A DNA stretch of 64,000 bases from Eledone cirrhosa (GCA_964016885.1 OZ024745.1:3844001-3908000); one strand, 5' to 3'. Shown: positions 41,306-55,228, counted from the first letter of the stretch. A program made the numbers and translations. The notes: a model not told the origin generated them from the letters alone.

Positions 41306-43281
41306 ACAAGGACACTCTCAACACTCCCCCTGGATAAATTTCAGCGTCAATCCAGAGTCATGGAAGATCCTTGATACTAAGAAATCTACTGGGAGCAATT
41401 CAATCAGAGAAGGTGTCATAACATCTGAGATAACGAGGATAAGATAAGTAAAGTGGGTGGGGAGCTACGGAAGTCCCGACTCACATGTCCCGGAAGTCAG
41501 CAGGGGAGGACGTCATCGTTGATTTGACGGGCCATAGAAGAAGAAGAAGAAGAACAACAACAACAACAACAACAACAACAATTGTTTCTACTTTTGGCAC
41601 AAGGCCAGCAATTATCCAATACATTACTGGTACTTTATTTTATCGACCTCGTAAGGATGAAAGGCAAAGTTAACCTCGGCGGGATTTGAACTCAGACCGT
41701 AAAGGGACGTAACTATGCTAGAAAGTATGGCGGCCAACCCTCTACCGATACTGCTAATTCACCGCCCTTAACAATAACAATAATAATAATAATCACAACA
41801 ACCATAAGAAATAGAGATCGATAAAGTATGCAATAGATTAAAATAAGTATTGAAATCGATATGATGAGCATACATCTAGGTTGTAGCAGTATGATCTGAG
41901 ATAGAGGAATGAGTGAAATCAATAAAAGATCTGTTTTATTGTTGTTGATTGATTGTGTGGGAAAGAAACAGAAAACAGCAATAAATTGAAAGTGAAATGT
42001 AAAACATACATAAAATGTATATAATTTAATGTGCATAGAGGGTCGGTTGACAATGAAGGAGTAATGCTAGAGCTGTGAAATCTTGCATGCATTCATTTCA
42101 ACTCTTTTTGTTAATAACTGCATTGTTTCTTTCTCAGGACTATGTTGAAAATTAAACCTCATTTGGTCATTCCGTGAGAGTATCTTGGTCAGACTATGAA
42201 CGACAATCTGCTTATTCTTGTGCCCCACAGAAAAAGGAAGGAAAACTAAAACAAATAGCTTGCTCCTAATCAACCCAAGTAGTTTGCAGAGTTCATATTG
42301 ACTAGCTAAGGTCTAGTGGTCAACTGTCTTATACGCCAACCCTTTGCCGTCTCTCCCTCCCCCCTCTCTCAACCAGGCCAGAGAAATTCATCCTATCACC
42401 AGAAGTTTAGTAAATACATTTTTAATAATACCTTTGCAAGCCAACACACATACACATCACCCTGATACATAACATCACACAATTCAACTCTGGTTATTTG
42501 TTCTTCGTGTATTATCTTATAACTTTGATGAAAGATATATTTAATAAATTAGTAACATATCAGCTTTGTGTTATTGAGGTTTATATATTTCATTTCCTAC
42601 GTGATGAGGGTAAATCACCTACCCAAGGAACCATCACATCATCATCCTCATAATGAACACTGTTACTTACACACCCGCAATCTCTGGTCACACTGTATCA
42701 GACACATCGGTCATCCTTCGTCTACTCTACACAACAGTGACCACATCACTGAGCACTCCACAAGTGAGTACACACAACAACCGAATCAACACCACAACAT
42801 CACCATCCACCCTAGTACCAGCCTCGCTATAATTGGTGACCAGAGCCGCTGTAGATTCACATATATTTATTTAAAGTTATGTGAAAGAAAGGAGGAAATT
42901 CTACAGGGATGAGATTACAATTTTACTAAACTATTTTTGGTGAAACAAGTGGCAGGAATAAACTTGCGAACACTTCCCACTTCACAGAGAGTACTGGTTG
43001 CATTTTAGCTTGGCGCCAGCACCAGGACACCAAAATGCTTGTCGCATCTTTTACATAACTGAAAGGTTCTCTCAACCTATTAATTGTGTTGGATTCTATG
43101 GCTGTATGCCCTTCCTAACACTTTACAATGTGCTCGGTGCATTTTATCTTAGCACCAACACTGGCGAGGCTGACGTTCGGCTTGGCTGAAAGACGCATCA
43201 TATCCTTTATTATCGAACACACACCCTTGCACAAATGCATATCTATACACGCGTTCGCTCAGACGCACCTCCATATAATAT

Positions 43282-43318
43282 ATGAGTGTGAGTGTGAGTG
43301 AGTGAGTATGTGTGTGTG

Positions 43319-43404
<86 letters not shown>

Positions 43405-44270
43405 TGTGTGTGTGCGAGTGTGAGTGAATGTGTGTGTGTCTGTGTGAGTGTGTGAGTGTGTGTGTATGTGAGTATGTGTGTGTGTGTATCTGTATCAGTG
43501 CAAGAGTGAAGGGTCCTATCTGGTTGAGAGGTGGTGTGGTATGTGGTACTTCTCCAGTGAGTCCTATCATAACATCACAAGTTCGAATTTCGATTAACCC
43601 ATTTCACTTATCTTACACCTGCGAATTCTAACTGAAGTGCCCCACCACACACTCCCGACACACCCCATACCCTCCCCCACACACCCCATACCCTCCCCCA
43701 CACACCCCCTCAGCCCCGACACCCCCTATCTATCTACCTATCCCTTTCTTTATCTATCTATCCATCTCACTCTCTCCCTCTCTCTCTATCTATCTATCCC
43801 TCCCTCTTCTCTATCTCTCTATCTATCCCTCCCTCCTTCTCTCTATCTCTCTATCTATCCCTCCCTCCCTCTCTCTATCTCTCTATCTATCCCTCCCTCC
43901 CTCTCTCTCTATCTATCTATCCATCTCACTATCTCTCTCCCTCTTTCTCTATCTATCTATCCCTCCCTCTTCTCTATCTCTCTATCTATCCCTCCCTCCC
44001 TCTCTCTATCTCTCTATCTCTCCCTCCCTCTCCCCCTCCCTCTCTCCATCCATCCATCTATTTATCTATCTATCCCTCTCTCTCTACCTATCTATCTATC
44101 CATCTCACTCTCTCCCTCTCTCTCTATCTATCTATCCCTCCCTCTCTCTATCTCTCTATCTATCCCTCCCTCCCTCTTCTCTCTCTCTCTATCTCTCCCT
44201 CTCTCTATCTATCTATCCCCCCCCCTCTCTCCATCCATCCATCTATTTATCTATCTACTTATCTCTAGGT
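43282..44270. repeat. (TG)n microsatellite followed by a CT-rich low-complexity tract
   Basis: Seen directly in the sequence. Confidence 0.93.
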
Positions 44271-44281
44271 TTCAGTTCAAT

Positions 44282-45048
44282 CACTCTCTCCTTACCGGCT
44301 CTGTCTCTCCCTCCCTCTCTCTCTCTATCTATCCCCCCCACTCTCTCCTTACCGGCTCTGTCTCTCCCTCCCTCTCTCTCTCTATCTATCCCCCCCACTC
44401 TCTCCTTACCGGCTCTGTCTCTCCCTCCCTCTCTCTCTCTATCTATCCCCCCCACTCTCTCCTTACCGGCTCTGTCTCTCCCTCCCTCTCTCTCTCTATC
44501 TATCCCCCCCACTCTCTCCTTACCGGCTCTGTCTCTCCCTCCCTCTCTCTCTCTATCTATCCCCCCCACTCTCTCCTTACCGGCTCTGTCTCTCCCTCCC
44601 TCTCTCTCTCTATCTATCCCCCCCACTCTCTCCTTACCGGCTCTGTCTCTCCCTCCCTCTCTCTCTCTATCTATCCCCCCCACTCTCTCCTTACCGGCTC
44701 TGTCTCTCCCTCCCTCTCTCTCTCTATCTATCCCCCCCACTCTCTCCTTACCGGCTCTGTCTCTCCCTCCCTCTCTCTCTCTATCTATCCCCCCCACTCT
44801 CTCCTTACCGGCTCTGTCTCTCCCTCCCTCTCTCTCTCTATCTATCCCCCCCACTCTCTCCTTACCGGCTCTGTCTCTCCCTCCCTCTCTCTCTCTATCT
44901 ATCCCCCCCACTCTCTCCTTACCGGCTCTGTCTCTCCCTCCCTCTCTCTCTCTATCTATCCCCCCCCACTCTCTCCTTACCGGCTCTGTCTCTCCCTCCC
45001 TCTCTCTCTCTATCTACCCCCCCCACTCTCTCCTTACCGGCTCTGTCT
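44282..45048. repeat. 57-bp pyrimidine-rich minisatellite, about 13 near-identical copies
   Basis: Unit CACTCTCTCCTTACCGGCTCTGTCTCTCCCTCCCTCTCTCTCTCTATCTATCCCCCC. Confidence 0.97.
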
Positions 45049-45232
45049 CATTATATTGAACTTCATCTACAAAGGCCAACACCTCTAACACCGTTAATAT
45101 ACATTGTTTCTACTATTGGCACAAGGCCAGCAATTACCCCAGTGTATTACTGCTACTTTATTTTATCGACCCCGTGAGGATGAAAGGCAAAGTTAACCTC
45201 GGCGGGATTTGAACTCAGACCATAAAGGGCCT

Positions 45233-45490
45233 AATATATATCAATATATATCAATATATATTAATATATATCAATATATATCAATATATATCAATATATA
45301 TCAATATATATTGATATATATCAATATATATTGATATATATCAATATATATCAATATATATCAATATATATTAATATATATCAATATATATCAGTATATA
45401 TTAATATATATCAATATATATCAATATATATTGATAAATATTAATATATATCAATATATATCAATATATATTGATATACATCAATATATT
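45233..45490. repeat. 10-bp (ATATATCAAT)n repeat
   Basis: Seen directly in the sequence. Confidence 0.95.
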
Positions 45491-45573
45491 CTTGTACACA
45501 CATTTGGAGTACACGCTTCAAAATTGCTAATCAAAAAGTTCGTTGTTTTTATTTAATCAATTTATTAACATAT

Positions 45574-48500
45574 TAAGAGTAAGAAGTTTAAATGTTCGTG
45601 GCTTGGGGTCACCCTGGAAGCAGGGCCGCCTGCTCAACGACCTCAGGTCTCTGGAAATGTATGTGATTGCCGTCAGCGAAACCTGGATTTCCGACACGCG
45701 CGCACTAGCCCCCATTTTCGACGACTATCATATCTTCGCATCTGTTAGCACGCCGGGAATAGGAGGTGGGGTGGCAGTGCTGTTTAAGAAGGGCCTGGAT
45801 CTCGAGCTAAGGTCGATCTTCCGGAACGCGGACGGTAAGTTGGTGGTCCTGGATGTGAGCAGTAGCGAAGGTGGTGCCTTTAGACTGCTGGCCGTCTACG
45901 CCCCTACTGGGGCCGGACGACCGGACTTCTTTAGGCGCCTGGAAACTTTTCTGGGTACGTCTCGCCCTTTTACTGTTAGCGGGGGACTGGAACGGCATAT
46001 TAGACGTACGCTGGGATTGTGTAGGAGTAGCTAATAGGAGCGGGAGGGGGGTGCAAAAGCCTTAAGCACCTAATCAGCCAGTTCCAACTGTCTGACAGGT
46101 ATCGACTAGATTTCCCCAATGCGCCAGTGTGGACGTGGACCAACCGCATAGGGTCATATAGATCGTATATAGACAGGATCTTGATTAGGGAAATAGATAG
46201 AAATAGTGTAGGCTGTCCACTTTTTAAAACGGTTAAAATGTGTGATCTGTATGGTCAACCTAGATAAAACGCGTAGGTTGGGACCTGGTTACTGGAAGCT
46301 GAACATGTCATTTCCGACACGTAAGGCATACAGGCACCGAGTCAACAATTAAGTTAAGCAAACGTTGACAGGGGGGATCATCAACAACAGATGGTGGGGA
46401 GCTCTCAAAAGAGAGATTAGAGTAACTTCGATAGAGTTCAGCAAAGAACTAGCGTTAGAGAAAAATAGAAAGGAGGAGGAGTTGGTAGATAAGTTAGACG
46501 AGGCCATTTGTAGTGACTTTGCAACTGACGTGCTAGCGGCGAGAATGGCATTAGACCATTTCTTCAATGCGAAACACGAAGGTTGCATTGTCAGAGCTAA
46601 GGCGCGTGCGCTGAGAAACGAGGGAACCAAAGCTGTTCGATGCGCCCGCGTGGCAGAGGCGCAGCGTGGTAATAAAACCACAATTCGGTCTTTGGCGGAC
46701 CAAGACTGACACGAGATAAGCGATTCCAAGCGGATGTGTGAGGCCTTTCGCCAGCACTTTGCTCGGTTGTTCGGGGAGAGAGGTGGGTCAGAGAGAGAGT
46801 AGCGGATTTCAGTCCCCACCTTGACGGCTTGCCGCGCATCTCGACGGTCGACGCTGAGCGCTGCGAAAGGCCGATTACTTCAGCCGAAATTCAAGACGCC
46901 CTTGTCGGCTGCATGAAGCGCAAGTCACCCGGTTTGGATGGCCTGCCCTACGAGCTTTACGTAAATATGCCAGACTTGTTCTCCGATCTCCTCGAAGCGC
47001 TCTACTGCAACTGGCAGCAGAATGGGAGTATTCCCAGTTCTGTGAGCAGAGGAGTGGTGACGCTGATTAGGAAAGACGAGAACAAGAGGGATACATTAGA
47101 CAACTTTAGGCCCATAACTCTGCTCAACACAGAGTTTAAGATTTTGGCCAAGGTGTTAGCAAAGAGATTGGCGCTTGTCGTCGAGGATTTGATTGGGGAG
47201 GCGCAAACTTGCGCAATCCCAGCCAGGTCCATACACGACAATCTGCATCTCATGCGATACATCATAGAGAGGGTAGGGTGTAAACCTGGCTTGGGTGGGG
47301 CACTGATCAATTTAGATCAATCAAAAGCATTCGATAGGATCGACCATCGGTATCTGGAGGCTGTCCTCAAAGCAGCTGGCTTCGGCCCTGTCTTCAGAAG
47401 CTGGATCGCTACAATGCACAGCGGCACCTGCTCGGTGGTCAAGGTTAATGGCCACCTCTCGGAACCGTTTCGGCTCTCCCAATCGGTCCGTCAAGGGTTC
47501 CCGCTCTCTTCCCTTCTGTACGTATTACCTCACGAGCCTTTACTGCGGAGGCTGGAGCTGTTGCAGGGCATCCCGCTCGAACCGGGACGCGGAAAGGTTG
47601 TGTCGGCTTATGCGGACGACATCACCGTGATGGTGTTGGACACCTCAGAAATTGAGGCGGACAACACTTATTGAAGGAATATGAAAGGTTGACAGGAGCC
47701 AAACTTAACCCGGAAAAGTCAGTGGGCTTGCAGCTCGGAACCTGGAGAGGCAAGTCCATGCCGTCCAACAGCGTCGTGGGGCGCTGGACGAACGAACCGG
47801 TAAAGTTGCTCGGGGTTTGGTTCGGACCAGACCTCCAGGTGGAAAAGAATTGGGACGAGGTAACGAGCAGGGTAGCCAATCTCACCCAAAAATGGGCTGC
47901 GAGGAAGCTATCACTGAAAGGTCGGACGGAGGTGGCGAATGCGTACATCGCGTCCCTCATCTACTACCGTCTGACCGTTGTGCCTTGCCCCCGTCCGCGC
48001 CTCACCAAGTTGGAACGGCTGCTCTTCAAATTTTTGTGGAGAGGACAAGTTCCGTTGGTGAGGCGGTCCATCTGCTGCCAGCAGCTTCTACGCGAAGGGC
48101 TGGGCATGCCTTGGCTAATGATGCGACATCTCCAGATATTCTGCCTAAACGTTGAACAGGTGTGGTCGCCGTTTATCAGACGGGCCTTTCCGCAGCTCGT
48201 TTCTTTGACTGAGCTGCAGTCCTGGGTCAAGAAGAGACCAAGACTGGGTGACTGGCACCTGGAATGTTGCCAGGCACGCACTGCCCTCTACCAAGCGGGC
48301 AATGCGATCAGTGAAACTTCCACTCTCGAGTTCTATAGAAGATTAGTGGTGGGAAAGTGCGATGACGCACTCTGAGAAGCTTTGGGCCTCGACAAAGTCG
48401 AACTGACCAGTCTGTTCCGGAGGACTTTCGAGCCGGGGACGATGGACAATTTCCAGAAATCCCTCGTCTGGCAGTGCTACCGGCACTGCCGGTTCGGGAT

Positions 48501-48681
48501 AAACTCTACAGGCACGGAAGTGCTGTTAGACGGACCTGCTCGAGATGCGCACATCGCGACGAAACCGTTTTGCACGCATTTGTCCAATGCCCGTGCATTA
48601 CTGACTTGTGGAGTTATGTCGAACAGCTACTGTCGCGTGTGGAACGGATCCGGCTATCGACCGAGTCCATAGTGAAGATCT
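45574..48681 (+). mobile_element. Tx1/L1-clade non-LTR retrotransposon ORF2 (APE endonuclease, RT, Zn-binding motif), inactivated by stops and frameshifts
   Basis: EN motifs SLNVRGL, SETW, VYAP, GDWN. RT motifs KSPGLDGLP, FRPITLLNTEFKI, DQSKAFDR, RQG, YADD (47609-47620). C-terminal CSRC...HAFVQC. No ORF1; the 3' end runs into a microsatellite. Confidence 0.95.
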
Positions 48682-48780
48682 GTGGTGGTGGTGGTGGTAG
48701 TGGTAGTAGTAGTAGTAGTAGCAGTAGTAGTAGTAGTGGTGGTGGTGGTGGTGGTAGTAGTAGTAGTAGTAGTGGTGGTG

Positions 48781-48855
<75 letters not shown>

Positions 48856-49672
48856 GCAGTAGTAGTAGTAGTAGTAGTGGTGGTAGCAAATGTTTTTGGA
48901 AAGAAACTACAGATGATTTGTTTAATGGCCACAAGGGCCATTAAACAAATCATCAGATGTCCAAATCCGACAACAGCGTTCGTGTAGTGACGTCAAACAC
49001 ATTTACAAAGCATTCTGGGTAGAAAAGGATGTTGTTTACAGCTAGAAGTTGTTATTGCTGTTGTTGTTGCTGCTGCTGCTGTGTCATTGTTGCTGTTGTT
49101 GTTGTTACTGTTGTTGTTGTTGTTGTTGTTGTTACTGTTGTTGTTGTTGTTACTGTTGTTGTTGTTATTGCTGTTGTTGCTACTGTACTGTTGTTGTTGT
49201 TGCTACTGTACTGTTGTTGTTGTTATTGCTGTTGTTGCTACTGTTGTTGTTGTTGCTGTTATTGTTACTGCTGTTGTTGTTGCTGTTGTTGTTGTTGCTG
49301 CTGTTGTTGCTACTGTACTGTTGTTGTTGTTGTTGTTGTTACTGTTGTTGTTGTTGTTGTTGTTGTTGCTACTGTACTGTTGTTGTTGTTGTTGTTGCTA
49401 CTGTATTGTTGTTGTTGTTGTTGTTGCTGCTGTACTGTTGTTGTTGTTGTTGTTGTTGCTACTGTAATGTTGTTGTTGTTGTTGTTACTGTTGTTGTTAC
49501 TGCTGTTGCTGTTGCTGCTGCTGTTGTTGCTACTGTAATGTTGTTGTTGTTGTTGTTGTTGTTGCTGTTGTTGCTACTGTACTGTTGTTGTTGCTGTTGT
49601 TGTTGTTGCTGTTGTTGCTGTTGCTGCTGTTGTTGCTACTGCTGTTGCTACTGTACTGTTGTTGTTGTTGTT
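48682..49672. repeat. (GGT/AGT)n (48682-48886) and (GTT/GCT)n (49047-49672) trinucleotide tracts
   Basis: Seen directly in the sequence. Confidence 0.96.
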
Positions 49673-49792
49673 GAGTAAACTGGAGCAACGTGAAATAAAG
49701 TGTCTTGCTCAACGCAAATCCCGGTCCGAGAATCGAACTCACAACCTCACGACTGCAAGTTCAAAGCTTTAACCACTAACCAATACACCTTC
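49673..49792 (-). mobile_element. tRNA-derived SINE (second family); related copies at about 50575-50716 (-), 53130-53235 (+), 53740-53812 (+) and 59925-59970 (-)
   Basis: Shared AACTGGAGCAA(C/T)GTGAAATAAAGTGTCTTGCTCAA core, with B-box-like GAGTTCGATTC and A-box-like TAGTGGTTA on the minus strand. Confidence 0.7.
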
Positions 49793-51384
49793 ATACATTT
49801 ATTAGAGTACTGGTACTCTATTTATTTAATACACCCCACCCCTTACACCTGCTGGCCTTGTGCCTAAATCAGAACCATTATTTTTGGTGGATTGACAGTA
49901 TCAGTAGGGGGTCGGACGCCATGCTTTGCAGCATAAAGTTACGGCCCTTTATGATCTAAGTTCAAATCCTGCCGAAGTTAACTTTGCCTTTCATCATTAC
50001 GGGGTCGATAAAATAAAGTACCAGTAATACACTGGGAAAATTGCTGGTCTTGTGCCAAAAGTAGAAACAATTATTTTTATTAGAGTGCTGGTAGGGTCAA
50101 TTTAATCAACCCAACCCTCTAAAATTGCCGGCCTTGTACCTAAATTAGAAATCATAATTTTTATCTGTTTGTTTTTGTGGTAAATATTAACTAGGATTGC
50201 ATTGTCTAATGTGTCCTTGGCGTTTTTAAAGATTGAGAAAAATGTGTTAATTCCCCAAACAGGTTATTCCTTTGTTCCAACACTTGTCACCGGAAGTTTC
50301 AACAACATTATGGAAATATCATTTAGTTCAGATATTAGTGGCTATATTGGTAAGGGGATTAGGGTAGAACCACAGAATCGGTTGAGCAACAGATAAAATG
50401 CCGGTAAATTAGCAGAATTGGTAGATCGACAGATAAAATACAATGTCGCATTTAGTTACATTTATTGTTGTTGTTACAGCTTACACCTATGGAGGTTTAG
50501 CTGGCTTCCTCCAAGGTATATCTCGTTGGAGGTGTCTTGGGTGATTTAATGATAGGGACCCCAGTCCTGTCATCTCATTTCTACAGCTGATTAAACTGGA
50601 GCAATGTGAAATAAAGTCTCTTGCTCAAGGAAACAACACATCACCCGGTCCAAGCATTGAACTCACAACCTTTCGATTACAAGCCCAATGCTCTAACCAC
50701 TAAGCCATGCGCCTTCACACATCTATTGTTGCAATATTAAAGAAAATGTTTAGGAAGGAGTGAACAACCGAGCCAACACCAGAGCAAAAGACAGCAGCGA
50801 GAAGTACTGGGCAACCTCTCTAATGATTTTGAGGCAAACTAGCACACTCGCAGCGTTGCCTCGGGTGATGGCGAGAATATTGCAACATTAAAATAATATA
50901 TCCGTTACATCTATTTACGTTCTGAGTTCAAATTCCGCCAAAATCGACATTTCATTACATAATTTCAGATCGATAAAAATAAAGTACCCTTTATCAAGAT
51001 CGATAAAATAGATCAGTATTTAAATACTGGGTTGATTTCCTCCACTGTTCTCTCCTCTATGAAGATGTGTGAGTTGTGTATAAGTTAGAAATCTATATAA
51101 GATATAAGGCTTTCTAGGTTTTCTACAAAGTCACGGAGACAGGTGTGGCCATATCGAAGCCCCCAAAACTGTACTGGTTTATATTTCTACATTCCAGTGT
51201 AATCACGTGAGAGATAACAGTTAAAATAGTTTTTAGTGAATTGTCTGCTGAACTTTGAATAATGAATACTTCACCTTCTGGAACCTTCACTGACAATAAA
51301 CAAATGGAAGATTTGCACGGAATGAAGACATTCAATCGCTCACCCCACTCCAAATCGCTTTCTTGCAAACATCTTTGATATTCT

Positions 51385-51622
51385 CACTCATTCACCCTCT
51401 CTCTCACTCACTCTCTCTCTCACTCACCCTCACTCTCACTCACTCACTCTCTCACTCCTTCACTCACTCAATCACTCTCTCACTCCTTCACTTACTCTCT
51501 CTCTCTCACTCACTCACTCACTCACTCTCACTCTCACTCACTCACTCTCTCACTCACTCACTCACTCACTCTATCACTCCTTCTCTCACTCACTTACTCA
51601 CTCACTCACTTACTCACTCAAT
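51385..51622. repeat. (CACT)n microsatellite
   Basis: Seen directly in the sequence. Confidence 0.95.
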
Positions 51623-52828
51623 CAATAGTGAGACGGATTCGAACCATCGGCCTAATGATCACAACCTCGTCTAATCCGAATATATTTTCAAAAAAAAAGG
51701 AGAGGGAGGGTGGGAACTCGATATTATTTATGAATTTAATTAATTATTCTCTGATTAGTAGTTTAGTAATTAGTATGTCACCTTATTAGTAAATCTTCTG
51801 CAGTCTCTATCAGATGTAAATTATATTTCCTAACGTCTCAAAGGTATTTCGTTTTTATTTTAAATAAATAAATAAATGAATAAAGAAAGAAAGAAATCAT
51901 TAATATTATTTGACGCATAGAGTTACGGCCCTTGCCATTCTGAGTTCAAATCCCGCCGAGGTTAACTTTGCCTTTCATCCTTACGGGGTCGATAAAATAA
52001 AGTACCAGTAATGTACTGGGTTGATTTAATCGACTTTCCCCTCCGCCCAAATTACTGGCCTTGTGCCAAAAGTAGAAATCATTATTAAATAAAAAAGATA
52101 TCATTGCACCTGACTTTGTGTACGCGCGCGCGCGCGCGTGTGTGTGTAAAAGGTAGAGTTAGAAAAATTGTTGAGTGTTGCTTTCCCTTGAGTAAAGAGT
52201 AAATTAAGATTTACCTCCCATGAATGAAATGTTTTTTGTTTTGTTTTTAATTTATATTTTAGTTTATTTTTCCCGTAGACTTAATTATCTTATAAATAAA
52301 AGCTTCATCACTGTTAACATTATTAACATCGTCGTCGTCCTCCACCTCTTTATCATCATCATCATCATAATCATACTGAGTGTACTGGGTGCATTTTATT
52401 GTGGAACCAGCACTACCACTTTACAGAGTTACCTAGCAACAAAATAAACCTCTACCGGTTTTAAAAATGACAGTTCCACTTGTTCGAACATAATGTTAAC
52501 GTGGAAGTGACTGAGCATTCCACAGACACGTGTATCCTAACGTTATTCTCAGTGTGTGACAAGGCTGACCTTTTGAATTACAAGTAAAATCCATCCGACG
52601 AGCTTCCAAACACTATCAATCTACCCAGTTTCCTCACAAGACTGGAACCGAGACAATGGTAACTGAGACTTGACCAAGCTGCCACATATTGGAATCGAGC
52701 CCAGGGCCTAATCATTGCGAAGAGAACGCCTTAACCATTTGATCATACTGCTAGTAACCTTATTCTTCTGTACAGGGTGCATCAAAAAGAATCATCCGAT
52801 TTCAAAAGGCCACATTTTTTTAACAAAG

Positions 52829-52906
<78 letters not shown>

Positions 52907-53600
52907 GGTTATACATCACTTTTGGAACTCTTTTGTATATTTAGAACAATGAAAATAAAAAGCCACACTTCATTTATTTATTTTATTTTTTTATTTATTT
53001 CTCCCCTTCCGTAATTTTCTAATTGAATATAAATAAAATGCCAATAAATTTTACTTGGAAAAAAATTGATAAGAGTAACGTCCCAAAAGTTTTCCTTGAG
53101 TGGTTTCCCTTTGCTTACTTTGTTATGAAGCCACATCGCTCAGTGGTTAAAGCATTGGGCTTACAGTCGAGCAGTGTGTTGTCCTTGAACAAGACACTTT
53201 ATGTCATGTTGCTCCAGTATACACAGCTGTAGAAATGAGTTGCGATGTCACTGGTGTCAAGCTGTATCGGCCATTGCCTTTCCTTCCTAGTAAGTAAGTG
53301 CCCCCCCCCCCCTCTTGATCTGCGGCTTAACAACAACCAAATAAATATTCTATTTTATCCCACTGTCCTTACCTCCCTCATCTGAGGGTTTGTGAGTAGT
53401 ACACGTGTGAAACAGAGTAAAATGACAGGCCCTCATTTCTCATGGAGTTTTGAAATAAGTGGAGTGTGTTTGTGAGATTGTGTAAAGTCCGGGATTTATG
53501 GTTATCAACATCATTTTGTATCTACTTTACTAACTAACTGACTAACTAACTAACTAAATTAACTAACTAAACTAACTAACTAACTGACTAACTAAACTAA

Positions 53601-53691
53601 CTAACTAGACGGATTCGAACCATCGACCTAAGGATGACAACCTCCTATAATAAACTACAATCCCCTTCTCTACCAACTGAGCTGTCTGCTC
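53601..53691 (-). pseudogene. Intron-containing tRNA-Tyr(GTA) pseudogene / tRNA-derived element; partial second copy at 51632-51672
   Basis: The minus strand reads ACAGCTCAGTTGGTAGAGAAGGGGATTGTAG[TTTATTATAGGAGGTTGTC]ATCCTTAGGTCGATGGTTCGAATCCGTC, matching the eukaryotic tRNA-Tyr layout. The acceptor stem does not pair. Confidence 0.8.
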
Positions 53692-53919
53692 ACTTGCTGC
53701 CTACCACCGACCCATGGCCGTAAGGCTATAAGTTCGATTCTTTGAGCTGGTGGTGTGTTGTGTCCTTGAGCAAGACACTTTATTTCACATTGATCCAATC
53801 CACTCAGCTGAAAAAATATTAGTTGTACCTGTAATTAAAAACATAGTTCTCATGGAGATTCAGTGTGACAAGGTTGGCCCTTTTGAATTACAGGTAGAAC
53901 TAAGATTTTATATATATAC

Positions 53920-53962
<43 letters not shown>

Positions 53963-54462
53963 ATGTTTAACCCCGACGGCAGAGCTCAAGCCGTTTCGAT
54001 GGCTATTTCCAGAAACAGTATTAACAATTGTTTCATTGATTAAGTTATCTAAAAATTGCTAATCACTTGAAGTTGTGTCACTAAATTTTAAATACAATGT
54101 ATGCTTAATCAAATCATCGGAAAAACTGATTAAAATTATACACGGCGTTTGTAATATACTAGGAAAATTCAAATCACAACATCAGTAATAAAGAAATTTT
54201 TAGACAATTTTTAGACAACTTAATCAGAGAAACAATTGTTAGACTGTAAATAAAACCCTTTTTGTACTGTTGACCATGTTATTCTTCACTCCTTCACTAT
54301 TATTACTCCAAGATTAACCCGCTTAGGAATTCTCGAGAACTCACAAACTCACTACCTAAGGAAACCTCTTGTTGAGTCAAACAACGCCGTACGCTAAAAC
54401 TATCCACAATACAGACTATTCACAACCTCTAACTGAATTACTTATAACGATAACTTGTTATC

Positions 54463-54533
<71 letters not shown>

Positions 54534-54957
54534 ATACAATATATTAACAAATGGAAACTATATTTATAAAACCATATTTATTTCATTATACATATTTCAA
54601 GGGCCACCAGAGCAAACTACGGTGCACTTTCATCAGATAAAATATAATATAGGTTAGTTTTATAAATAGATATTGACATACCCTTAAAAAATGCAACCAT
54701 TCTGGTTGGAATCTCCTGGATAGTGGAGTTATTAGATTTATTGTTGGTTTATTATGCAAATTAGTGTTGGAAAGGTTTAAAACCGTATAATTATATTAAG
54801 CCGTTGGAATAGGGAAAAAGAAAGAGAAAAAACCTGAGTATATTTAAGTGAGAGAGAATAGCGTAATTTTGAGAGAAGAGGCGAAGAAATAAATATAGCG
54901 TGGATGAATACCGTAAGATGGATAAACAATAATAATAAACAAATTAAATATAACCTC

Positions 54958-55050
<93 letters not shown>

Positions 55051-55070
55051 GTTATATTTAATTTGTTTAT

Positions 55071-55116
<46 letters not shown>

Positions 55117-55143
55117 AGAGGTTATATTTAATTTGTTTATTAT

Positions 55144-55228
<85 letters not shown>

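Noticed and set aside
43637-45088. 483-aa Ser/Leu/Pro ORF and the antisense 218-aa ORF
   Set aside because: Low-complexity CT tract plus the 57-bp minisatellite.
48614-49742. Poly-S/G/V/T/L/C ORFs
   Set aside because: Trinucleotide microsatellites.
52771-52830. TACAGGGTGCATCAAAAAG mariner-like terminus
   Set aside because: Only one short end before (TA)n; no partner TIR or transposase is seen.
53601-53691. Functional tRNA-Tyr gene
   Set aside because: The acceptor stem is unpaired and the D and anticodon stems carry substitutions; treated as a pseudogene.
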